From: Pelomyxa schiedti
Taxonomy: Eukaryota; Protista; Evosea
Direction: 5' to 3'
NCBI GenBank assembly: GCA_020536535.1
Contig: JAHLWZ010000839.1
Location: 1 to 64,000 of the forward strand
Length of the DNA stretch: 64,000 nucleotides
Every line of letters begins with the position of its first letter. Position 1 is the stretch's first letter. Under the pieces are notes generated by a model that searched no databases, was not told the origin of the DNA, and worked only from the letters and a program-made list of their open reading frames with translations. The translations under genes and the position numbers were made by a program. Positions 9,993 through 23,500 of the stretch are shown here, piece by piece.

Positions 9993-12900
9993 ATGCCGTT
10001 CTGGAGCCGCAACAAGAACAAGGACAAGGACAAGGCTCCCTTCCCGCTCACAAAGTCGGCCGTCGTGCCCCCGTCCTCTGGCGACCTGGACCCCAGCGAG
10101 GACGTCTCGTCCGTGGTCGCGAGCGCCATCCAGGGGTCCGTCATCCCCGACAAGGCCACGAAGCACGCCCGCCGCCTCAGGAGCGTGAGCACCCTGCCGC
10201 TCCAAAAGTCGCAGTCCGTCGCCTCCATCAGCCGCACGACCGACGACGTAGAGTCGCTGCTGAGGAAGAACAGGGAGGCGTCCAAGGCCACCAAGGACGT
10301 CGACGCCGGTGCTCACGCGCACCGCCACCGCCACGACGACGACGAGGGGGCAGCCGCCGATCCCACAATCGAGGCGGCGGCGACTGCCACCACGACGACT
10401 ACGACGTCGCCCAAAACCAAGAAGCGGACCCATAAGTCGTCCAAGAGCGTGAGTGCTGCTTTGCACGTGATGGAGAAACGTGACTCTGAAGGTGAGGACG
10501 AGGAGCGTGCCAAAGTTGCAGTTGCGGATGGTGACGCCACTGCGGCCGCTGGACTTTCCGACCTCGGAACGGCGTCGTCGCACCAGCCCGACGGCGGCAA
10601 ATCGTCGCGCCAAGATCTGGACGAAACGGCGGCATCACTTTTGGAGAACGCCACGATTGCAACAGCCCTCACCGCAGTTGCAGAAGTTGGCCAACCGACT
10701 GTGGTTTCGCATAAACACAAGCAACACAGCTCGGCTGCGCTTTCGCCGAATGCTAGCCCACATCACAGCCGCAGGTCTCGGCAGGCAAATGCAACTGCAA
10801 ACGGAGATGAGGTTAGTCAGGGTGAGAGCTCTGATTCCATTTCTGGGCAGATAAATTCCTCAACTATTTCTGCGGCGCTTGCTATGGGCACTTCTACTGT
10901 TGATAACAATAACACACTTCCTAGCACATCAGAGCACAGCAAAGAGGAAACACTTCGGTCTTCACGGAGAGACTCACCACACAACATCCGCCGGGAAACA
11001 AGCCCGGGACACAAATCACATTCCCACAGAAACCTACACTCACATAAAGGAGAGTCAGTTTCTGCAATTGCAGCACAGATAGCTGCAATTTCAAATTCAC
11101 AATCCACAGAAGATAAAACCACAAAATCCAAACTACCATCCGCAAGCAGTGGATCCTCAGAAAAGCAACCCTCCAGGATAGCGACTGCAAATCTTGTAAA
11201 AGCTTTCACAACAGCAGCTGCTGCTTCTTCTCTTACAACGTCATCAACATCAGAAACTGATGTCAAACCAAGGAAACACCACCATCACAACACTAACGCC
11301 CCTGCGATTGAGACTATCCCTGTAAACAAGTCCGAACCCACTTCCAGCACGGTACAGTTCCAAACAAAAAATATTATAGAAAAATGGTGCTAGTGCTATT
11401 ATTAATTACTGTGAATATAAAAGAGGAAGACTCTTATCTGATTTCGTTCTCAGACAATGACTGAAATGGAAGCTCAATATAAAAATGCTCTAATCGAAAA
11501 GACGAATGAAGTATTTCATGAACAATTTCTCCCCGATAATGACAATCTTCCCTTTGCAGATAGCCCGCTTAAAAGCTATGCTTGAATCATCACAAAAAGA
11601 TCTCCAAGTTAAAGAAGCTCAAATTTCCATGCTTCGGCAAATTAAAGAAAAAGAGGGGGAGAGAGAAAAAGAGACAGGAAAAAACAAGGTCAGTTCTTCA
11701 CACTTTTGTCTTTGTCATTGATAGATCCTGAATATTCTCTGTGGAGAAAGAGTATTGCTAGCAACCACAAGAAATTCACCAAAGACAAGCTTGTCCTGGC
11801 ATTGAGAGGTGAAAATTCATCTGAGACAACAGACACCACACCAAAAACTGTAAGTCCACCTCCAAGTGGACTCCGAGACAGCTCCATTGGCTTGCGTGAT
11901 AGCACAATACATGGCGAGAGTCGATGGAAGATACTACATTCAAAACAGAAGCTTCTAGTGAAATACACTCTACCAGAAACCCCAACAGAGGTTATACAGG
12001 TTCTTGCTGAGAGAAAAGAAAAAATCCCCTCGAATTTAGTTCTTCAGTTAAAATCACGTATTGCTTCAGCAACAAAGTACTTCCAAATGCTGGCAATGGG
12101 AGACTGACACAACTTTTTTTTAGAGAGTGGATTTGTGAATTTATTGAAAGCAAGGGCATTTCTGTTCTTGTCTCTGCTATTCATAATTACGAACTATCTA
12201 AGAGGTTAAAAGTAAAGCAGTACAAACCTATTTAATCCCAAATAGATCCTTCCAATTTACCGAAGTTGTGTGCCAGTGCATGCTAGTTCTGTGCATTAAA
12301 AGCTTAATGCGGTATAAGGTACAGAACATTCGATTGTTGAAACTATACCAAATGATGCCAAAGGAAGGAATTGAATCCATTATTGAGGGAGACATGACTC
12401 CAATGGTTGAAATGTTGAAACTTGTTCAAGCTTCAAAAAATCTCTTGATGAGGATGCAAGTTTTGATGCTTCTCTCTGCCGTAGCTCTCTATTCCAGTGC
12501 TGGGCATAAGTACAATAAATATGTTGAAACCCGGCATCTAAACTGAACTAGGGCAATTTTGCATTCGATATGCGGTAATGCAACTGGAACTATGAAGAGA
12601 AAAAACTTCCAATTTCTTGTCATGTGGGTCAATGACTTAGACTCTGATGAGCAATCAACAGTTTGTCTCATTACCTTTTTCCAATATCATTGGAAGCCAA
12701 TGCTCCTAGGCAGCATGTCTTGCCTTCATCAATGCACTTGTCAATTCACCAAAACGAATTGAAGAACGAATGGAAATTAGAAGCCACTTTACCGATTTGG
12801 ATTTTGTCAAAACACTCCAAGTAAGCTTCCCATAAACACAACTAAGTATTGGTTGAGCAATTTGTCCTCAGGTTTTACGACTAAGAGAAGATGGGGCCAT

Positions 12901-15900
12901 TCAAGTTCAAATCGATGCATTTCTTGAAGAAATGCAAGCTGATACAAATAAAATGGCTGAGATGAAATCAGCTGTTGGTTTCGATTTGAAGTACCACTTC
13001 GTACACCCTTGGTTTTTCTGATTTTTCTGTATTATAGCGACCCAAAGGAACTTTTCTCAGCCCTTTATGCTAGAGTTGAGGATACTCCTCTATCAGAAAA
13101 CTTCCTCACAGTGATGCAGCATCTCTTACTGATAACTGATCATAAAAATAAGTAATATTCTGGTAATTATCACAATTTCTCTAAATTTGAAAAATAGATC
13201 CCTGATGTGGGAGTTCGTAGAAAAGATCATGTACAAAGCACTAGCTATAAAAAATCCTGCACAAGTTGATATCAGTGAGCACCCTTTATCGAAAAAATAA
13301 CAACTTATAAATCAAGATACGAAGTTCTCACTCTCCGAGTTGTCCAATATGTTTCTGGCAGCAGGTCCTCTCATTCTACTTTTTCACCTTCTTAATTTCT
13401 CCAAGAGGAAGCGGCGAAAAAAGAAGCAGAAGCCAAAGCGGCAGCAGACCGAATTAAAGCACAAGTGAAAGCAACCAAAAAAGCTGCCAAAAAAATTGCC
13501 GCGGAAAAGGCTGAAAAGGAAGCAGCAGAGAAGGCTGCTAAAGCAGAAGCTGAAAAACAACAGAAAAAGCTTACAGCCGTTGCCTCCATTGTCACAACAT
13601 CGACTTCCACTTCCATTACAAGTTCCTCTACACCTATAGAGCCCATCTCAGCCCCACCACCAGCTCCACCCCCTCCGCCACCCCCGAAATCATTCAAAGG
13701 GATAATAGAAGATGAACCTGCAGAAATCGTATCATCAATACCACCCGCACCCCCACCTCCACCCCCTCCGAAAGGAGCTCAAGTTGTTGAAGCTGAGCAG
13801 CCCGCTTCTACTGAATCTGCGCCAGCGCCTCCGCCACCTCCGCCACCACCACCCCCACCTCCAATGAGAGGCGGAACTAATTCCCAACAAGAGCAGACTT
13901 CAGATATACCTTCAGTCCCACCTCCGCCTCCGCCACCTCCTCCCATGAAAGGTGCCCTGGCTAGCGATTCAGATTCTTCTGTGCCTGCAGCTCCACCTCC
14001 ACCGCCGCCACCCCCAGGCTGTGGTCCGCCGCCTCCTCCACCTCCTCCAGGAATCGGTGGACCTCCTCCACCACCTCCCCCAGGTGGGCTTAGAAGACCT
14101 GGCGCCGGAAGAGGTAACTCCCCTTCAAGTCTGTTTCCAGTGATATTCATTGCAACACACAGGTGCTGCTGCCCCATCGAATTATAAGGGACCCGTGCCA
14201 AAAGTCAAAATGAGACAATTTTTCGTATGCTGTGTATCTTAGTATTTAACTCTCACTCTGCTAGTGGATTAAACTACCAAATGTGCAAAACACTCTCTGG
14301 GTCAAAAAAACGATGACTGAAACGGTGAATAACTTGTTTCTGTAGTTACCCTAATTAACAAGGATAGAGCCTCTCAATTGAAGATCTCGAGGATCTATTC
14401 CCACAACAAGCGAAAAAGGCCGCCGATACTGCAGCTCCAAAAGCCAAAAAAGAAGAAAAGCCAAAAGCAGTTGTACTTCTTGATGGGAAAAAGAGCAACA
14501 ATGTGTCTATCGCCCTCGCTCAATTCCGAAAAATGTCGTTCGAGGAGTTGGTCAACGCTATAGGAGAAGCTTCTAATGCATTGACATTAGAAAACCTACA
14601 GATGCTGGCATCCTTTGCACCAACAACTGAGGAGGTGTGTTTTATCTTCACTCTTTATCTTTTAGTTTACCTGTTTCTAGTTTGAAATTGTCAAGTCGTT
14701 TGCAGGAGATCGAAGCCTTTTGCCTAAGGCGGAGCAATACTTCCTAGAAGTATGAAAAACTCTATTAAACGATGTACCTAACAACATCAGGCTGCTCGTC
14801 TTCCCATGATAAATGAGAAAGTTGCTGCCTTGCTTTATCGAGCCCAGTTTCCAACATCTATGGAAGATTTAGTGAATGTACATGAAATAACAGTGTACAA
14901 CACGAAATAAACACCACTCTTAGAAAGTCAACATTTTTGAATCTGCTATTGACGAACTTCTAGGGTGCCAAAATTTGCGCTACATTATGGAGGTTGGCTT
15001 GATAGTCTCTAAATTGAAACCTAACTCTCAGCAGACAGTGTTGTTTGTTGGCAACTTTATGAATTACGGGACTTCACAAGGAAATGCCAATGGTTTTAAA
15101 ATAGAGACTCTAAAGAAGGTTGCTAAACTGAAGTTTTGGATGAGTAGTAACTTCTTTCTTTCTCCCAAAAGCTCGGGGACCTTCGCTCGCCGATAAAGGG
15201 AACACTGACACTTCTCCAGTATGTTGTTGCACTTGTAGACAAGCACAAGCCTGAAGCAAGTCACTTCCCCGATGAACTGAAGCACATTGCAGAGGCATCA
15301 AAATGTATGGCAGATACTCTTATTTGGTAAAAGTTTTTGTTTGACAACTCCTCCAGATATGCTTTCAGACCTGTTAGCCAATGGAACAACACTCTGGAAT
15401 GAACTTCAAGACAACATTGCAGCAACAAGAAAGCAACCAGAGCCTAATTTCATTGCGGCCTTGGAGGTAATCAGCCCATTATGAGAACACCCCCAATCCC
15501 ACTGAAACCAACTCACAGTCAACCATTACAGGCACAGTTAGGAAAATTCGAATCTGACATGAAAATACTGCGAACTCGTTTGGACAACCTTCAAGGAAAG
15601 GCACAGGGCTTGGTATCATCATTCGGAGAAGATGGTTCATCACCCTCAGCCATTCCCGACTTCCTTAATACTATGACATTCTTCAGCAAGTCTTGGACGG
15701 TTTGGCTAAAAGAGGTTTTTTTTTGCCTAACCTTCAAAATGTACCAACAGGAGGCAGCCAAAAAACTAATTGCCGAGAAAGAGGCAGAAGCAAAGAGGAT
15801 CAAAAGAGAGCAAGTGTGCAAAAACATGAAATACTCTAGAAGATTCCTGACATGTCTACACAGATGGCCGCTAGTAAAAGTGCTGCAGGCCCAGCACCCA

Positions 15901-15998
15901 AGAAAGGAATTCCAGTCAAGGAGGAGAACGTTGTGGATGCTTTATTCAATCAAATAACCGCTGGTAATTTCAAGCTGAGAAGGGCTGCAAAATCCTAA
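9993..15998 (+). CDS. Diaphanous-related formin (GBD/FH3, FH1, FH2, C-terminal DAD/WH2-like motif)
   Basis: GBD/FH3 ([10 protein letters not shown]|[22 protein letters not shown]...RMEIRSHF); poly-Pro FH1 13650-14100; FH2 (KMRQFF|[43 protein letters not shown]); C-terminal [18 protein letters not shown]; TAA 15996-15998. Confidence 0.93.
13650..14090 (+). repeat. Poly-proline (CCN)n tracts of the formin FH1 domain
   Basis: About seven runs of CCN codons encoding poly-Pro tracts separated by short spacers. Confidence 0.9.
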
Positions 15999-16129
15999 GC
16001 CTGTAGAGATAACCACACCCACCACCAAAATTTTGTAAGAACACTACTGAAAAAACTTAGCCCTTCTCCAGGGGAATTTTATGTTGTTACTTTTTTTTTC
16101 TGTTTTGTTGTGGGGATTAGGCCAATTCA

Positions 16130-17073
16130 CTAAAATCCATCAAAAACATCCTCGGTTGATTCCACAGAGGCTGTGTGTTGTGCAAGTACTTCTCGGCACT
16201 CCTTTATTTTTTCTTCCAGCTTTGTGTTATCAACAATAAGCTCGCCAACATCACGCAAGGACATTGATTCGAGCAGCATTCCAGTCATTTTGCCGGTAAG
16301 AGCAGAGTCCTTTGTAGACATTACAACATAGAGCTTCTCGCCCTCTATTTGCTTCAGTTCTTCGCTCAATTGCCCGGAGTTTTCCGTAAGGCGTTTCATT
16401 TCGGCCTGGCCTTTTGCTGAGAGGGTCTGGAGGGCAGATTCCACGCTGTCTGGGTACAGCTCTGCTTCCACCATGGTTCTCAGTTTGGCTAGAGTGTCCT
16501 CGGGCAGAGAGTCGTGCTCCGGCTCAGTGGGGCCTATTCCACCCTTGGTGGGGCAAGAGCGGGCCATGTGGCCTGTCTTCCCACAGTTGTAGCAGCATAC
16601 TTCCCGGCGCTTTTGTCTGTCTGGGCACTCACGTGTAAAATGGCCAACTTTGCCGCAAGTGTAACACCTAAATAGGACTTAAGTATATATATTACACAAA
16701 AAACAAAAACCCAAAGGAGCAGGTGGCAGGTGGCTGTTTTTTTTTTTGTTTTTTTGATTTGTTTTGATTGTTGGCAGATTCTACGTCGATATTGTACACA
16801 CTTTCCGTCGAATGGGCGGGCGACCTTGGGCTTGTCCTTGTCGGGGCACGTCTCGGCAAAGTGGCCCTTGCCGTTGCAGTGGAAGCACGTGGCGTCGCTG
16901 GGCACGGCGGCGGGGCACCGCCTGGCGACGTGGTCGTGGGCCCCGCACACGTGGCAGGCCATGGGGTCCGGCGACGAGAGCGTGCCCTCGGACGACTTGA
17001 TGGGGCACTCTTTGGAGAAGTGACCTGGCTGGTTGCACGTGTTGCAGCCAAAGTTGCGGTGTGGTTGGCTCAT
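16130..17073 (-). CDS. Five CCHC zinc knuckles (CNBP/GIS2-like) fused to a C-terminal MLLE (PABC) domain
   Basis: CNTCNQPGHFSKEC, CHVCGAHDHVARRC, CFHCNGKGHFAETC, CYTCGKVGHFTREC, CYNCGKTGHMARSC; one intron 16668-16801; C-terminal KQIEGEKLY...TGKMTGMLLES matches the MLLE signature K(I/M)TGMLLE. Confidence 0.88.
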
Positions 17074-17558
17074 GTGATGGTGTTGTTTGTTACACAAAGA
17101 AAAACAAAGCAAAACCACGAACGGAAATGATGGGGTTGCATCAAACCGTTTTCTGTTACGAATCCAGAAGGTTGATTTTGTTGGAGGACTGGAATTGACT
17201 GCAATCCCAGAGAGTGGAGGAGAGGAGGAGACAATGGAACTTGAGTTCCTGAGTGGCAAGAGGCTGGGAGTGAAGGATGGGACAATTGAGGCAGTTTTGC
17301 GGATTTCCCGGAATGGACCTTGATTCCGTCGTGGAATGGGAAACGCACCTCGTTTCGTTGACGCTGAATTCCCGATTCAACATCCAGCGATGTTAAAACA
17401 ACTTCTCTGCCAGAAACCTCAATTCTCCTCTGCATTCCCGAAATCCTTAGGAGCAGGAACAAATCCTATAAAAAAAAAGCCGCCTTCCCACCAACAAGAC
17501 CCGACGGCACCTACGAGGTCCCCGGTCATACGACTGCGTTGCGTAGTTCAATCCAAAA

Positions 17559-20500
17559 ATGAGCAAAGTGAGGCCAATGAATGAAGATGAGGAGGCCCAG
17601 GACGCTGGAGCAGCCGCTATAGCTGATACTGCGGCTGCTTCTGCACCGCGAGATTATGGGACTGCCCACGACGGTGACGACGACGAAGACGACGTCGAGG
17701 CTGGCCGCGCCGACTGCGACTCCTCGTCCTTCGCCAGCGTCACGGCGTCGCGTCGCGCCCGTGGCGGCGGCGGCTCCAACTTGGCCGCGGTCGTTCCTAT
17801 AACCGAGGCGAGCTCGGCCACCGAGGCGTCTTCGCGGAACCTAACCGACGGTTCGTCGTCCAAGCGGCGCCTTTCGCTGACCGGCGAGCGCAACATGCTG
17901 ATCGACGTGCTTTGGTTTGTGATGTCAAAGTCCTGGCGGCTGGACAATTTCAAAAACTGGAGGGTGCCTCTGTACTGCCTGGAATTGATTCAGTTGGCAA
18001 GCTTCGCGCTTGATGACAGGTACATGTTTCCGAGACTGAACGCAAGTAGCAGCGGCTCTGGTTTGGATGGAGAAACACCTTCTGAACGAACTGAGAACGC
18101 TTTCTACTACATATTTTTTGGTTTGAGGCACTTGAGAGACCCAACTGCATCCACGGGCGTTAGCACTGGTGGTTGCACTGCTGCGGTTGTGGTTTCGGCA
18201 GTTGCTGTCACTATCCATATGATACTCATGGCTGTGCAGATGAAAAATGTGGCAATGGGCGGGATAGGTGCACAATATTTTTTTTCCCGCTCTCACTCCC
18301 TCTTCTTCTTAATCCTGGTTCTTGGACTATATTCTTGCAACTTGGCAGTAATGTATTAATACCAACTAGGTTGGCATAAAGTTTCTGTAGCTTTGCGAAC
18401 AATGCATGTATTTACACAATCCCTGATCATTCCCCTGGGATACATGCTACTCCATCCACTGATATCCGTCATAGAAGCCAATACGTTCTCCTTGTCTGTT
18501 GGCTGCATATGGTTTTTATTATTGTTCTGTGACTCTGGATACTCAGCTTTTTTGTATGCATCTCAGCAATTAATTCCTTTCATTCACCTTCTGAAGTTGT
18601 AACGACTTCAGACCAAGCAGTTCTGTATTTGCAGTAGCTCAGCTTCGTTATTCTTGCTTCGTGCATCTAATGAAAATGATTCTTATCCTAAATGACGTTA
18701 TCTTGGCAAATGGATTTTTCAGTCTCAAGTTTGGTGATATAACAACGGACATCTATCCCTTCACGCTAAGCACCCTTTTACTTTCTATTTTTATGGCCTT
18801 CTTGATTTCTCTGGTATACCCATAGCCCAAAAACAAAACCGACCCCTCACTTTTTAAAGCCGTTCTACAACAAGTATCTGAATAACCTATCGGGAATGTT
18901 TTTCAGTGGTACGTTGGCCTCATCCTGTGCATTGTATGCTGGATTGTATTCCTCTCATCACGAATTTCCCTGGTATGCAATATCTCTGGCATTGTTTGTA
19001 TTTGGCCTCCTTTTTGGGTTCCTATTTGTCCAGGTAATAAAAGCTACCTGACCTACCGTAATGTTCATTATGATCAGATCAGAATATTACTTCTGAATGT
19101 GAAATTTCACCGTTTGCATAAGCACAGAACATATTTATTCCCTTTCCAATGTGAACTGGAGACCAGGTATACCTTATTTCTGAATTTCATCTGATTCTTG
19201 GCACAGATTCATTTATCATAAAGCAGGTCCGTCTCAAGCAGATATTCAACGTGTTGAGGATATTTTTGCAGCTGGATTGCAGTTACTATCTAACCAAGCC
19301 TTTGCTTTCGTAACTTCAATCAGGGATTTTCCTGGAAGTCAATATCTGACTGTCATGCATGCAATTTTTCTTATAGAGAAGAAGCTCAGCTGGTCTGAAG
19401 GACTCTCACAGGTTGTTTCGTCGTTTTGAATGAATTGTATCTGATTTATTTAGTTAAATGCTATTGACCCTTCATCATTTGTTCGTGAATTTCAATATAT
19501 GCGGTACTGGCCAAGTGTTGCTAGCAAAACTCTCACGAAATCATCAGGTATAGTGTTAGTCTCTCGAAGGACAAATCTCTTAATGAGAGAAAAGTTGAAG
19601 AGCAAATAGCGGCTGCCCACTGCTTGTAAGTTCTCCCTTTGTAGATGCTTTTATCAATAAGAAAAAGAGCCACAAAGCAAGCACTATGCACATTTTGGCT
19701 ACAACTGACCAAGTCCAAAAACAAGATAGAACCAAATGGACTTCTATCGGTTCTATCTGCAATGCATGAGCACTCAAGTTCAGCTGAAAATTTGTATCGC
19801 AAACTGTTGTGTGTGCTCAAGTAGATAGACAACATAATTAAATGCTTTGCAGAAGAGACAATCCCCATTCACCACAGTGCATGAGAAATCTGGCCAAATT
19901 TCTTGAAGAAATAAAGGACGACAGAGAAGAATCCGAGATTTTACAGCAAATGGCAGAGGAGCATGACAACTTTCGGAAAAATCCACCTCGCAGCATCAAA
20001 AAGTTGTATTGATAGTTACAGCACATCCCTTACCTCCTCCCTCTAGGGGACAACTTCGTTTTGCGGAGCAATTTTCTCCAGATAACCTTATGAACCCGAG
20101 TTCTCATGAAGAGATTGGAAAAAAACTAGATTCTCGACTGAGTGTACCAGGATCCCTTATTTCTAGTAGGCGTTCGAGCTTTGATCATGTGAGTGCGTCT
20201 GGCTCAGTTTACTCCAGTTCTTCTGGAGAAAGAGGCATTTTGCTCTCATATCGCCAACGCATAGAATCAAAGAAGTTTGCAATAACCTGTATAAGTGCCT
20301 GTTAACTTTAATACTAGGTCCTACCCACTGCTTCTAATGAGAATATTTGGAATTTTTGTCCTTATTGCTGGCTTTTTTAATGTCGTTATATTGTGCATCG
20401 TTGCAACATATACAACAAGTGACCTGATCGATTATACCAAAGCAATATCATACCCAAGTAAATTTGACTTAGCAATAAGTTATATCAACATTATCTAGAT

Positions 20501-23500
20501 AGGTTTTCCTCAGACATGACCAGTCTCCTTCATGACTTGCGACTTTGTGAAACAGATGCAAAAACCATTACAACTCCATACGACATTGAAGAAGTGAAAC
20601 TCCAACTCCCTGGGCTGCTTAGAGATAGCCGACTGATGCTTGAGACAGCAATCACAAGTGATGGTTCTAGTTCAGAAAGATATCCATGGGACCTGCCAAA
20701 TATAAGAATCAAGCACTATTTTGGGTACTCCTGTACTTATTTATTCCTCATTGAGACCAGTCTTACAGGAAGAATAATGTTACAGAAGATAATTTTTGGT
20801 TTCGAAATGAAAGCTTGTACCAGGCCTCCACCCAAGCTCTTGCCTTTGCTGAGCAAATTCTAGCTCAAACGAGTGTGCTTTCCTTGGAAATACTTTGAGG
20901 TCTCATCTGTTTTCGTTAGATGACAGTGATGTACTTAGTGACCTAGATACCAACATCGAATTTCGTTTTCTTCTAGATAATCTCATCCAAACGATTATTG
21001 AGCCAATGTACAAATACTCTTGTTTTCCCTCTGTTTAAACATTATTTAGGCACGACGTATCTGCCAAACAGGCCGACATAAATCGCAATTTTTACCAACT
21101 TCTCACTCGCCGAGTCTATTATTGTTAGTATTTTCAACTATCTTTGTCCTAATTTGTTTAGATATCCCTTTGGCTTTACTGCAAGGCATTCTGTTGGCTG
21201 TCTTTATTTATCTCCCTTTAGAGTATGCAATTAAAAAGGAGAGAGCGGTATACAGCTCAATTGATGTTTGTATTATTTAACACCTCACAGGTAATGGTCT
21301 CTCTGTTTGCCGAAATTCCAACAGTAAGTTTTTTAATCCTATTCAACATTCTTGACCATTTTCCATCGGCACTGTAGGCTACAGCTTTGAATATGCTTGG
21401 AAAAGTATCATCAAACTTGATAACCACTGATGTTTTATCTCCCCTCGTAGAATCAACAGTTTGCCTTTCTTCCTTTACATTTGTCTGTCCAACTTTCCTT
21501 GAGGTTCATGCAATATCTCAATTGCGTACGTTTCTTGTGTGTACTTTGGCGATATTTCTATCCCAAGTTTTGACAATTTCCCTCATCATTCTTTTTTACA
21601 CCACGGGCGATCAAGGAAATGGTATCCTATTCTCTTTGTTAAGATAACTTTGTAAGCTTTTCTCCCAGATGTGAGTATTGAGGCAGGAGAAAAAATTCTC
21701 CAAACAACCCAGGGAATGCTTTATTTAAGTGAAGAAATGATTCGCAACGACATTGTAACCTGGGCGCCTGGTTCTCTCAACTCTACATTTTGGATGTACG
21801 AAAATGAATACCAGCAGAGCTACACAAACCTTAATTTTGCTTCGGGGTATTTTCTGTAAGTGCTGCTTGTGTCTAACAAATCCAAGGCAAATTTATAGTA
21901 TTGATGATGACTGGTTCCTCGTTTTCACCACCGAATGCCCAACCTTCGGAAATTTCTCTATCAAGTGCACTGGACTCGATGGGATGATGAATATCTTCCT
22001 GGAGAATCTACGGGCATTTTCATTTCAGCCTCCCTGGTTTGTGAGAGTACTATTGACCAGATCCAACACAACGCAGGCTTCAGACCTGGGATAGTGATTA
22101 CATACAAATTCCGATTGCCATCTCTGAAACAATGTTTTCGTGGGTAGAAGGACTCGTTGAAGAAGTTTCGGGTATATTGTGTGCGATTGATGTTTTTCAC
22201 TCTACCTAAAAAAATAGAGGAGGCAACAGCCTCTCTTGAAGTTTCCTCAGTCATCTTCAAGGCCATAATGGGCATTACGTATGTCACGAATAAGTATAAA
22301 ATTCAAAGTTAACTTTACTCTTTAGGCTGCCTATATGCCTTGTTTTATTCTACGCGTTCAATTACTCAATAAATCGACTAGACGTCGAGTTTCGAGAGTT
22401 GCTTTTCACGTTTTTATATCAATTCTTATTATCGTGTAGGACTCTCAAGATATTACTTAGCTTACCACTCGATATTATTCAAGGGACTGTTCTAATAAAT
22501 CGATTTCTAGAGACGGGATCAATACACAGTCTCAGTTTAAAACACTCTGTGGTGCGTAAGATATTACATTGCCATTCCTAACCCAAGGTAGGAAGAGAAG
22601 GAGAAAAAGACACGTCTCCTAGATGGATCAAAAGATGCTGTGATAGTACTCAATGAAAGGTCGCACTCGTAATCCACTCATTTGTGACACATGAATAGAG
22701 GGACAATAGAATCCTTTAATCCAAGTGCCGAGAGTCTTTTTGAATGCACTTCAAAAGAAGTGCTTGGCAGACATGCAAGTATAATCCTGCCAGACACTGT
22801 TATCCACCCATTTAGCGTGAGAATGGAAATGCTGATGAACAATACATTGAAGCAACAAAAAAATAAGGCGGAAGGCAACGACGAACCGCCTGCATTGGAC
22901 GGTATGGAACTGATCATTTCCAACAAAGGTATATATTTCCAAATGTGATTGTGGCTGTTTATGACTAAAAATAGAGGAGAAAGAAGTCCCAGTACTACTT
23001 TCTGTAACTGAAATTGTTACCAAAGACGGTTGTTACCTCACCGCCCATTCAATCTTTAACTGAGTATTACTAGGCGTGACTGTCGCCATGTTCCTGAAGG
23101 ACATCAGCAACCTGAAAGCACAGCAAGCAATAATAGAAAACCAAAAAAAACACACGGAATCTCTTCTCGAAAATATACTGCCCAAAATGATAAAAGAAAA
23201 GCTTGAGATAAATCCTGACAAACTTATTGCTGAGAAATACAAGAATGTTACTGTTGCCTTTGCTGACATTGTGGAGTGAGTACTGCTTTCTCCTTTCTTC
23301 ATTGCTAAGTTGTGGAGGTTTACTCCAATGGCTTCCAAGATGAGACCTTGGGAGTTAGTAAGCATGCTGAATTCTTTATTTTCTGCCTGGGACGGACTCC
23401 TGGATAGTTACCATGTTGAAAAGATAAAAACAATTGGAGATTGGTTGTTCAATGAATTTTATAACCAAAAATTGACAATCACTCAGTTACATGGTTACTG

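Noticed and set aside
9807-10720. Long antisense ORFs over GC-rich exons (also 1551-2026, 13779-14201, 52077-53477)
   Set aside because: These are shadows of GC-rich or low-complexity coding sequence on the other strand or frame, with no domain signal.
16560-17073. Retrotransposon Gag nucleocapsid suggested by CCHC knuckles
   Set aside because: No protease, RT, integrase or LTRs; the gene has an intron and ends in an MLLE domain.
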